In this document: positions 39,401-51,400 of the stretch, piece after piece
How positions within the stretch are numbered: position 1 is the first letter of the stretch
How the letters are laid out: each line of letters starts with the position of its first letter
NCBI GenBank assembly: GCA_950097015.1
Contig: CATNEN010000039.1
Location: 3,224,001 to 3,288,000 of the forward strand
Direction: 5' to 3'
Source of the DNA: Macrostomum hystrix
Lineage: Eukaryota; Animalia; Platyhelminthes
Length of the DNA: 64,000 nucleotides
Translations under genes and position numbers: made by a program
Notes under the pieces: generated by a model
Database searches by the model: none
Seen by the model: only the letters and a program-made list of their open reading frames with translations
What the model was told of the DNA's origin: nothing

Positions 39401-42400
39401 AGCTGCATTGGATGGCGATTCAATCTCGATGCTTGGTGCCACGGAAGTAGAAGAGCTCTCGGTCGAAGCCGACACCGTACTCGTCGCAGTCGCTTCCGAA
39501 GTGCCTACTGTCCGCGTCTCGTCTCTCGCTGTGATTGTGGCTTCTGGCGCGCTCGTTGCTGCAGTCGAAGCTGCACGGGATGGCAATTCAGTCTCGATGC
39601 TTGGTGTCAAAGCGGAAAACAAGGTCACGGTGGAGGCCGACTCCGAACTTGTCGCACTCGCTTCCGAAGTGCCTACGGTCCGCGTCTCGACTCTCGCTGT
39701 ACTTGTGGCTTCTGGCGCGCTCGTTGCTGCAGTCGAAGCTGCACTGGATGGCAATTCAGTCTCGATGCTTGGTGTCGAAGCGGAAAAAGAGGTCACGGTG
39801 GAGGCCGACTCCGTACTCGTCGCACTCGCTTCCGAAGTGCCTACTGTCTTCGTCTTGACTCTCGCTGTGATTGTGGCTTCTGGCGCGCTCGTTGCTGCAG
39901 TCGAAGCTGCACTGGATGGCAATTCAGTCTCGATGCTTGGTGTCTTGGAAGAAGAAGAGCTCTCGGTCGAAGCCGACACCGTACTCGTCGCAGTCGCTTC
40001 CGAAGTGCTTACAGATGACGTCTCCACTCTCGCTGCGCTTGAGGCTTCTGGCTCGCCCGTAGCAGCAGTCGAAGCTGCACTGGATGGCGATTCAGTCTCG
40101 ATGCTTGGTGTCACGGAAGCAGAAGAGGTCACGGTGGAGGCCGACTCCGTACTTGTCGCACTCGCTTCCGAAGTGCCTACTGTTCGCGTCTCGACTCTCG
40201 CTGTGATTGTGGCTTCTGGCGCGCTCGTTGCTGCAGTCGAAGCTGCACGGGATGGCAATTCAGTCTCGATGCTTGGTGTCGAAGCGGCAGAAGAGGTCAC
40301 GGTGGAGGCCGACTCCGTACTTGTCGCAGTCGCTTCCGAAGTGCCTACGGTCCGCATCTCGACTCTGGCTGTACTTAAGGCTTCTGGCTCGCCCGTAGTA
40401 GCAGTCGAAATTGCAATAGATGGCGATTCAGTCTCGATGCTTGGTGTCACGGAAGCAGAAGAGCTCTCGGTCGAAGCCGACACCGTACTCGTCGCAGTCG
40501 CTTCCGAAGTGCTTACAGATGACGTCTCGACTCTCGCTGCGCTTGAGGCTTCTGGCTCGCCCGTAGCAGCAGTCGAAGCTGCACTGGATGGCGATTCGGT
40601 CTCGATGCTTGGTGTCACGGAAGCAGAAGAGCTCTCGGTCGAAGCCGACACCGTACTCGTCGCAGTCGCTTCCGAAGTGCCTACTGTCTGCGTCTTGACT
40701 CTCGCTGTGATTGTGGCTTCTGGCTCGCCCGTAGCAGCAGTCGAAGCTGCACTGGATGGCGATTCATTCTCGATGCTTGGTGTCGAAGCGGAAAAAGAGG
40801 TCACGGTGGAGGCCGACTCCGTACTTGTCGCACTCGCTTCCGAAGTGCCTACGGTCCGCATCTCGACTCTCGCTGTACTTGAGGCTTCTGGCTCGCCCGT
40901 AGCAGCAGTCGAAATTGCAATAGATGGCGATTCTGTCTCGATGCTTGGTGTCACGGAAGCAGAAGAGCTCTCGGTCGAAGCCGACACCGTACTCGTCGCA
41001 GTCGCTTCTGAAGTGCTTACAGATGACGTCTCGACTCTCGCTGCGCTTGAGGCTTCTGGCTCGCCCGTAGCAGCAGTCGAAGCTGCACTGGATGGCGATT
41101 CGGTCTCGATGCTTGGTGTCACGGAAGCAGAAGAGCTCTCGGTCGAAGCCGACACCGTACTCGTCGCAGTCGCTTCCGAAGTGCTTACAGATGACGTCTC
41201 GACTCTCGCTGCGCTTGAGGCTTCTGGCTCGCCCGTAGCAGCAGTCGAAGCTGCACTGGATGGCGATTCATTCTCGATGCTTGGTGTCGAAGCGGAAAAA
41301 GAGGTCACGGTGGAGGCCGACTCCGAACTTGTCGCACTCGCTTCCGAAGTGCCTACGGTCCGCATCTCGACTCTCGCTGTACTTGAGGCTTCTGGCTCGC
41401 CCGTAGCAGCAGTCGAAGCTGCACTGGATGGCGATTCAGTCTCGATGCTTGGTGTCACGGAAGCAGAAGAGGTCACGGTGGAGGCCGACTCCGTACTTGT
41501 CGCACTCGCTTCCGAAGTGCCTACTGTCCGCGTCTCGACTCTCGCTGTACTTGTGGCTTCTGTCTCGCCCGTAGCAGCAGTCGAAGCTGCATTGGATGGC
41601 GATTCAATCTCGATGCTTGGTGCCACGGAAGGAGAAGAGCTCTCGGTCGAAGCCGACACCGTACTCGTCGCAGTCGCTTCCGAAGTGCTTACAGGTGGCG
41701 TCTCGACTCCCGCTGCGCTTGAGGCTTCTGGCTTGCTCGTTGCTGCAGTCGAAGCTGCACTGGATGGCGATTCAGTCTCGATGCTTGGTGTCGAAGCGGT
41801 AGAAGAGGTCACGGTGGAGGCCGACTCCGTACTTGTCGCAGTCGCTTCCGAAGTGCCTACCGTCCGCGTCTCGACTCTCGCTGTACTTGTGGCTTCTGGC
41901 TCGCCCGTTGCAGCAGTCGAAATTGCAATAGATGGCGATTCAGTCTCGATGCTTGGTGTCTTGGAAGAAGAAGAGCTCTCGGTCGAAGCCGACACCGTAC
42001 TCGTCGCAGTCGCTTCCGAAGTGCTTACAGATGACGTCTCGACTCTCGCTGCGCTTGAGGCTTCTGGCTCGCCCGTAGCAGCAGTGGAAGCTGCACTGGA
42101 TGGCGATTCGGTCTCGATGCTTGGTGTCACGGAAGCAGAAGAGCTCTCGGTCGAAGCCGTCACCGTACTCGTCGCAGTCGCTTCCGAAGTGCCTACTGTC
42201 CGCGTCTCGTCTCTCGCTGTGATTGTGGCTTCTGGCGCGCTCGTTGCTGCAGTCGAAGCTGCACGGGATGGCAATTCAGTCTCGATGCTTGGTGTCGAAG
42301 CGGCAGAAGAGGTCACGGTGGAGGCCGACTCCGTACTTGTCGCAGTCGCTTCCGAAGTGCCTACGGTCCGCGTCTCGACTCTCGCTGTGATTGTGGCTTC

Positions 42401-45400
42401 TGGCTCGCTCGTTGCTGCAGTCGAAGCTGCACTGGATGGCAATTCAGTCTCGATGCTTGGTTTCGAAGCGGTAGAAAAGGTCACGGTGTAGGCCGACTCC
42501 GTACTTGTCGCAGTCGCTTCCGAAGTGCCTTTGGTCCGCGTCTCGACTCTTGCTGTACTTGTGGCTTCTGGCTCGCCCAATGCAGCAGTCGAAATTGCTA
42601 TAGATGACGATTTAGTCTCGATGCTTGGTGTCTTGGAAGAAGAAGAGCTCTCGGTCGAAGCCGACACTGTACTCGTCGCAGTCGCTTCCGAAGTGCCTAC
42701 TGTCCGCGTCTCGACTCTCGCTGTGCTTGTGGCTTCTGGTTCGCTCGTGGCTGCAGTCGAAGCTGCAGTGGATGGCATTTCAGTCTTGATGCTTGGTGTC
42801 GAAGCGGAAGAAGAGGTCACGGTGGAGGCCGACTCCGAACTTGTCGCAATCGCTTCCGAAGTGCTTTCAGTCGGTGTCTCGACTCTCGCTGTGCTTGTGG
42901 CTTCTGGCGCGCTCGCTTCTGCAGTCGAAGCTGTACTGGATGGCGATTCAGTCTCGATGCTTCGTGTTGCGGCAGCAGAAGAGCTCTCGGTCGAAACCTG
43001 GCTCGCTTCTGAAGTGCTTACAGTCGGTGTCTCGACTCTCGCTGTGCTTGAGGCTTCTGGCTCGCTCGATGTTGCACTTGAAGCTGCACTGGAAGGCGAT
43101 TCAGTCTCGATGCTTGGTGTCGAATCGGTAGAAGAGGTCACGGTGGAGGCCGACTCCGAACTTGTCGCACTCGCTTCGGAAGTGCCTACGGTCCGCGTCT
43201 CGACTCTTGCTGTACTTGTGGCTTCTGTCTTGCCCGTAGCAGCAGTCGAAGCTGCACTGGATGACGATTCAGTCTCGATGCTTGGTGTCACGGAAGCAGA
43301 AGAGCTCTCGATCGAAGCCGAAACTGTACTCGTCGCAGTCGCTTCCGAAGTGCTTACAGTCGGTGTCTCGACTCTCGCTGTGCTTGAGGCTTCTGGCTCG
43401 CTCGTTGTTGCACTTGAAGCTGCACTGGATGGCGATTCATTCTCGATGCTTGGTGTCGAAGCGGAAAAAGAGGTCACGGTGGAGGCCGACTCTGAACTTG
43501 TCGCACTCGCTTCCGAAGTGCCTACGGTCCGCGTCTGGACTCTCGCTGTGCTTGTGGCTTCTGGCGCGCTCGCTTCTGCAGTCGAAGCTGCACTGGATTG
43601 CGATTCAGTCTCGATGCTTCGTGTTGCGGCAGCAGAAGAGCTCTCGGTCGAAACCTGGCTCGCTTCTGAAGTGCTTACAGTCGGTGTCTCGACTCTCGCT
43701 GTGATTGTGGCTTCTGGCTCGCTCGTTGCTGCAGTCGAAGCTGCACTGGATGGCGATTCTGTCTCGATGCTTGGTGTTACGTAAGAGGAAGAGCTCTCGG
43801 TCGAAGCCGACACTGTACTCGTCGCAGTCGCTTCCGAAGTGCTTACGGTCGGCGTCTCGACTCTCGCTGTACTTGTGGCTTCTGGCTCGCCCGTAGCAGC
43901 AGTCGAAATTGCAATAGATGGCGATTTAGTCTCAAAGCTTGGTGTCACGGAAGCAGAAGAGCTCTCGGTCGAAGCCGACACCGTACTCGTCGCAGTCGCT
44001 TCCGAAGTGCTTACGGTCGGCGTCTCGACTCTCGCTGTGCTTGAGGCTTCTGGCTCGCTCGTTGTTGCACTTGAAGCTGCACTGGAAGGCGATTCAGTCT
44101 CGATGCTTGGTGTCGAAGCGGAAAACGAGGTAACGGTGGAGGCCGACTCCGAACTTGTCGCACTCGCTTCGGAAGTGCCTACGGTCCGCGTCTCGACTCT
44201 TGCTGTACTTGTGGCTTCTGTCTTGCCCGTAGCAGCAGTCGAAGCTGCACTGGATGACGATTCAGACTCGATGTTTGGTGTCACGGAAGCAGAAGAGCTT
44301 TCGGTCGAAGCCGACGCCGTACTCTTCGCAGTCGCTTCCGAAGTGCCTACTGTCCGCGTCTCGACTCTCGCTGTACTTGTGGCTTCTGGCTCGCCCGTAG
44401 CAGCAGTCGAAATTGCAATAGATGGCGATTCTGTCTCGATGCTTGGTGTCTTGGAAGCAGAAGAGCTCTCGGTCGAAGCCGACACCGTACTCGTCGCAGT
44501 CGCTTCCGAAGTGCTTACAGATGGCATCTCGACTCTTGCTGTACTTGTGGCTTCTGTCTTGCCCGTAGCAGCAGTCGAAGCTGCACTGGATGGCGATTCG
44601 GTCTCGATGCTTGGTGTCACGGAAGCAGAAGAGCTCTCGGTCGAAGCCGACACCGTACTCGTCGCAGTCGCTTCCGAAGTGCCTACTGTCCGCGTCTCGA
44701 CTCTCGCTGTACTTGTGGCTTCTGGCTCGCCCGTAGCAGCAGTCGAAATTGCAATAGATGGCGATTCTGTCTCGATGCTTGGTGTCTTGGAAGCAGAAGA
44801 GCTCTCGGTCAAAGCCGACACTGTACTCGTCGCAGTCGCTTCCGAAGTGCTTATAGTCGACGTCTCGACTCCCGCTGCGCTTGAGGCTTCTGGCTCGCTC
44901 GTTGCTCCAGTCAAAGCTGCACTGGATGGCGATTCAGTCTCGATGCTTGGTGTCGAAGCGGAAAAAGAGGTCACGGTGGAGGCCGACTCTGAACTTGTCG
45001 CACTCGCTTCCGAAGTGCCTACGGTCCGCGTCTGGACTCTCGCTGTGCTTGTGGCTTCTGGCGCGCTCGCTTCTGCAGTCGAAGCTGCACTGGATTGCGA
45101 TTCAGTCTCGATGCTTCGTGTTGCGGCAGCAGAAGAGCTCTCGGTCGAAACCTGGCTCGCTTCTGAAGTGCTTACAGTCGGTGTCTCGACTCTCGCTGTG
45201 ATTGTGGCTTCTGGCTCGCTCGTTGCTGCAGTCGAAGCTGCACTGGATGGCGATTCTGTCTCGATGCTTGGTGTTACGTAAGAAGAAGAGCTCTCGGTCG
45301 AAGCCGACACTGTACTCGTCGCAGTCGCTTCCGAAGTGCTTACGGTCGGCGTCTCGACTCTCGCTGTACTTGTGGCTTCTGGCTCGCCCGTAGCAGCAGT

Positions 45401-48400
45401 CGAAATTGCAATAGATGGCGATTTAGTCTCGATGCTTGGTGTCACGTAAGCAGAAGAGCTCTCGGTCGAAGCCGACACCGTACTCGTCGCAGTCGCTTCC
45501 GAAGTGCTTACGGTCGGCGTCTCGACTCTCGCTGTGCTTGAGGCTTCTGGCTCGCTCGTTGTTGCACTTGAAGCTGCACTGGATGGCGATTCAGTCTCGA
45601 TGCTTGGTGTCGAAGCGGAAAACGAGGTCACGGTGGAGGCCGACTCCGAACTTGTCGCACTCGCTTCGGAAGTGCCTACGGTCCGCGTCTCGACTCTTGC
45701 TGTACTTGTGGCTTCTGTCTTGCCCGTAGCAGCAGTCGAAGCTGCACTGGATGACGATTCAGACTCGATGTTTGGTGTCACGGAAGCAGAAGAGCTCTCG
45801 GTCGAAGCCGACGCCGTACTCTTCGCAGTCGCTTCCGAAGTGCCTACTGTCCGCGTCTCGACTCTCGCTGTACTTGTGGCTTCTGGCTCGCCCGTAGCAG
45901 CAGTCGAAATTGCAATAGATGGCGATTCTGTCTCGATGCTTGGTGTCTTGGAAGCAGAAGAGCTCTCGGTCGAAGCCGACACCGTACTCGTCGCAGTCGC
46001 TTCCGAAGTGCTTACAGATGGCATCTCGACTCTTGCTGTACTTGTGGCTTCTGTCTTGCCCGTAGCAGCAGTCGAAGCTGCACTGGATGGCGATTCGGTC
46101 TCGATGCTTGGTGTCACGGAAGCAGAAGAGCTCTCGGTCGAAGCCGACACCGTACTCGTCGCAGTCGCTTCCGAAGTGCCTACTGTCCGCGTCTCGACTC
46201 TCGCTGTACTTGTGGCTTCTGGCTCGCCCGTAGCAGCAGTCGAAATTGCAATAGATGGCGATTCTGTCTCGATGCCTGGTGTCTTGGAAGCAGAAGAGCT
46301 CTCGGTCAAAGCCGACACTGTACTCGTCGCAGTCGCTTCCGAAGTGCTTATAGTCGACGTCTCGACTCCCGCTGCGCTTGAGGCTTCTGGCTCGCTCGTT
46401 GCTGCAGTCCAAGCTGCACTGGATGGCGATTCAGTCTCGATGCTTGGTGTCGAAGCGGAAAAAGAGGTCACGGTGGAGGCCGACTCCGAACTTGTCGCAC
46501 TCGCTTCCGAAGTGCCTACGGTCCGCGTCTCGACTCTCGCTGTGCTTGTGGCTTCTGGCGCGCTCGCTTCTGCAGTCGAAGCTGCACTGGATGGCGATTC
46601 AGTCTCGATGCTTCGTGTTGCGGCAGCAGAAGAGCTCTCGGTCGAAACCTGGCTCGCTTCTGAAGTGCTTACAGTCGGTGTCTCGACTCTCGCTGTGATT
46701 GTGGCTTCTGGCTCGCTCGCAGCTGCAGTCGAAGCTGCACTGGATGGCGATTCAGTCTCGATGATTGGTGTTACGTAAGAGGAAGAGCTCTCGGTCGAAG
46801 CCGACACCGTACTCGTCGCAGTCGCTTCCGAAGTGCCTACAGTCGACGTCTCGACTTTCGCTGTACTTGAGGCTTCTGGCTCACCTGTTGCAGCAGTCGA
46901 AATTGTAATAGATGACGATTCAGTCTCGATGCTTGGTGTCACGGAAGCAGAAGAGCTCTCGGTCGAAGCCGACACTGTACTCGTCGCAGTCGCTTCCGAA
47001 GTGCTTACGGTCGGCGTCTCGACTCTCGCTGTACTTGTGGCTTCTGGCTCGCCCGTAGCAGCAGTCGAAATTGCAATAGATGGCGATTTAGTCTCGATGC
47101 TTGGTGTCACGGAAGCAGAAGAGCTCTCGGTCGAAACCGACACCGTACTCGTCGCAGTCGCTTCCGAAGTGCTTACGGTCGGCGTCTCGACTCTCGCTGT
47201 GCTTGAGGCTTCTGGCTCGCTCGTTGTTGCACTTGAAGCTGCACTGGAAGGCGTTTCAGTCTCGATGCTTGGTGTCGAATCGGTAGAAGAGGCCGACTCC
47301 GAACTTGTCGCACTCGCTTCGGAAGTGCCTACGGTCCGCGTCTCGACTCTTGCTGTAATTGTAGCTTCTGTCTTGCCCGTAGCAGCAGTCGAAGCTGCAC
47401 TGGATGACGATTCAGACTCGATGTTTGGTGTCACGGAAGCAGAAGAGCTCTCGGTCGAAGCCGACGCCGTACTCGTCGCAGTCGCTTCCGAAGTGCCTAC
47501 TGTCCGCGTCTCGACTCTCGCTGTACTTGTGGCTTCTGGCTCGCCCGTAGCAGCAGTCGAAATTGCAATAGATGGCGATTCTGTCTCGATGCTTGGTGTC
47601 TTGGAAGAAGAAGAGCTCTCGGTCGAAGCCGACACCGTACTCGTCGCAGTCGCTTCCGAAGTGCTTACAGATGGCATCTCGACTCTTGCTGTACTTGTGG
47701 CTTCTGTCTTGCCCATAGCAGCAGTCGAAGCTGCACTGGATGACGATTCAGACTCGATGCTTGGTGTCACGGAAGCAGAAGAGCTCTCGGTCGAAGCCGA
47801 CACCGTACTCGTCGCAGTCGCTTCCGAAGTGCCTACAGTCGACGTCTCGACTCTCGCTGTACTTGAGGCTTCTGGCTCACCTGTTGCAGCAGTCGAAATT
47901 GTAATAGATGGCGATTCAGTCTCGATGCTTGGTGTCACGAAAGCAGAAGAACTCTCGGTCGAAGCCGACACCGTACTCGTCGCAGTCGCTTCCGAAGTGC
48001 TTACGGTCGGCGTCTCGACTCTCGCTGTGCTTGAGGCTTCTGGCTCGCTCGTTGCTGCAGTAGAAGCTGCACTGGATTGCGATTCAGTCTCGATGCTTGG
48101 TGTCGCGGCGACAGAAGAGCTCCCGGTTGAAGCCGACACCGTACTCGTCGCAGACCCTTCCGAAGTGCTTACAGTCGGCGCCTCGACTCTCGCTGTACTT
48201 GAGGCTTCTGGCTCACCTGTTGCAGCAGTCGAAATTGTAATAGATGGCGATTCAGTCTCAATGCTTGGTGTCACGGAAGCAGAAGAACTCTCGGTCGAAG
48301 ACGACACTGTACTCGTCACAGTCGCTTCCGAAGTGCTTACAGGTAGCGTCTCGACTCCCGCTGCGCTTGAGGCTTCTGGCTCGCTCGTTCCTGCTGTCGA

Positions 48401-51400
48401 AGCTGCACTGGATTGCGATTCAGTCTCGATGCTTGGTGTCGAAGAGGCAGAAGAGCTCTCGGTCGAAGCCGACACCGTACTCGTCGCAGTCGCTTCCGAA
48501 GTGCCTGCCGTCCGCGTCTCGACTCTCGCTGTGATTGTGGCTTCTGGCGCGCTCGTTGCTGCAAGCGAAGCAGCACTGGATGGCGATTCAGTCTCGATGC
48601 TAGGTGTTACGTAAGAAGAAGAGCTCTCGGTCGAAGCCGACACCGTGCTTGTCACAGTCGCTTCCGAAGTGCTTACGGTCGGCGTCTCGACTCTCGCTGT
48701 ACTTGTGGCTTCTGTCTCGCCCGTAGCAGCAGTCGAAGCTGCATTGGATGGCGATTCAATCTCGATGCTTGGTGCCACGGAAGTAGAAGAGCTCTCGGTC
48801 GAAGCCGACACCGTACTCGTCGCAGTCGCTTCCGAAGTGCCTACTGTCCGCGTCTCGTCTCTCGCTGTGATTGTGGCTTCTGGCGCGCTCGTTGCTGCAG
48901 TCGAAGCTGCACGGGATGGCAATTCAGTCTCGATGCTTGGTGTCAAAGCGGAAAACAAGGTCACGGTGGAGGCCGACTCCGAACTTGTCGCACTCGCTTC
49001 CGAAGTGCCTACGGTCCGCGTCTCGACTCTCGCTGTACTTGTGGCTTCTGGCGCGCTCGTTGCTGCAGTCGAAGCTGCACTGGATGGCAATTCAGTCTCG
49101 ATGCTTGGTGTCGAAGCGGAAAAAGAGGTCACGGTGGAGGCCGACTCCGTACTCGTCGCACTCGCTTCCGAAGTGCCTACTGTCTTCGTCTTGACTCTCG
49201 CTGTGATTGTGGCTTCTGGCGCGCTCGTTGCTGCAGTCGAAGCTGCACTGGATGGCAATTCAGTCTCGATGCTTGGTGTCTTGGAAGAAGAAGAGCTCTC
49301 GGTCGAAGCCGACACCGTACTCGTCGCAGTCGCTTCCGAAGTGCTTACAGATGACGTCTCCACTCTCGCTGCGCTTGAGGCTTCTGGCTCGCCCGTAGCA
49401 GCAGTCGAAGCTGCACTGGATGGCGATTCAGTCTCGATGCTTGGTGTCACGGAAGCAGAAGAGGTCACGGTGGAGGCCGACTCCGTACTTGTCGCACTCG
49501 CTTCCGAAGTGCCTACTGTTCGCGTCTCGACTCTCGCTGTGATTGTGGCTTCTGGCGCGCTCGTTGCTGCAGTCGAAGCTGCACGGGATGGCAATTCAGT
49601 CTCGATGCTTGGTGTCGAAGCGGCAGAAGAGGTCACGGTGGAGGCCGACTCCGTACTTGTCGCAGTCGCTTCCGAAGTGCCTACGGTCCGCATCTCGACT
49701 CTGGCTGTACTTAAGGCTTCTGGCTCGCCCGTAGTAGCAGTCGAAATTGCAATAGATGGCGATTCAGTCTCGATGCTTGGTGTCACGGAAGCAGATGAGC
49801 TCTCGGTCGAAGCCGACACCGTACTCGTCGCAGTCGCTTCTGAAGTGCTTACAGATGACGTCTCGACTCTTGCTGCGCTTGAGGCTTCTGGCTCGCCCGT
49901 AGCAGCAGTCGAAGCTGCACTGGATGGCGATTCAGTCTCGATGCTTGGTGTCACGGAAGCAGAAGAGGTCACGGTGGAGGCCGACTCCGTACTAGTCGCA
50001 CTCGCTTCCGAAGTGCTTACAGATGACGTCTTGACTCTTGCTGCGCTTGAGGCTTCTGGCTCGCCCGTAGCAGCAGTCGAAGCTGCACTGGATGGCGATT
50101 CAGTCTCGATGCTTGGTGTCACGGAAGCAGAAGAGGTCACGGTGGAGGCCGACTCCGTACTTGTCGCACTCGCTTCCGAAGTGCTTACAGATGACGTCTC
50201 GACTCTCGCTGCGCTTGAGGCTTCTGGCTCGCCCGTAGCAGCAGTCGAAGCTGCACTGGATGGCGATTCGGTCTCGATGCTTGGTGTCACGGAAGCAGAA
50301 GAGCTCTCGGTCGAAGCCGACACCGTACTCGTCGCAGTCGCTTCCGAAGTGCTTACAGATGACGTCTCGACTCTCGCTGCGCTTGAGGCTTCTGGCTCGC
50401 CCGTAGCAGCAGTCGAAGCTGCACTGGATGGCGATTCGGTCTCGATGCTTGGTGTCACGGAAGCAGAAGAGCTCTCGGTCGAAGCCGACACCGTACTCGT
50501 CGCAGTCGCTTCCGAAGTGCCTACTGTCTGCGTCTTGACTCTCGCTGTGATTGTGGCTTCTGGCTCGCCCGTAGCAGCAGTCGAAGCTGCACTGGATGGC
50601 GATTCATTCTCGATGCTTGGTGTCGAAGCGGAAAAAGAGGTCACGGTGGAGGCCGACTCCGTACTTGTCGCACTCGCTTCCGAAGTGCCTACGGTCCGCA
50701 TCTCGACTCTCGCTGTACTTGAGGCTTCTGGCTCGCCCGTAGCAGCAGTCGAAATTGCAATAGATGGCGATTCTGTCTCGATGCTTGGTGTCACGGAAGC
50801 AGAAGAGCTCTCGGTCGAAGCCGACACCGTACTCGTCGCAGTCGCTTCTGAAGTGCTTACAGATGACGTCTCGACTCTCGCTGCGCTTGAGGCTTCTGGC
50901 TCGCCCGTAGCAGCAGTCGAAGCTGCACTGGATGGCGATTCGGTCTCGATGCTTGGTGTCACGGAAGCAGAAGAGCTCTCGGTCGAAGCCGACACCGTAC
51001 TCGTCGCAGTCGCTTCCGAAGTGCTTACAGATGACGTCTCGACTCTCGCTGCGCTTGAGGCTTCTGGCTCGCCCGTAGCAGCAGTCGAAGCTGCACTGGA
51101 TGGCGATTCATTCTCGATGCTTGGTGTCGAAGCGGAAAAAGAGGTCACGGTGGAGGCCGACTCCGAACTTGTCGCACTCGCTTCCGAAGCGCCTACGGTC
51201 CGCATCTCGACTCTCGCTGTACTTGAGGCTTCTGGCTCGCCCGTAGCAGCAGTCGAAGCTGCACTGGATGGCGATTCAGTCTCGATGCTTGGTGTCACGG
51301 AAGCAGAAGAGGTCACGGTGGAGGCCGACTCCGTACTTGTCGCACTCGCTTCCGAAGTGCCTACTGTCCGCGTCTCGACTCTCGCTGTACTTGTGGCTTC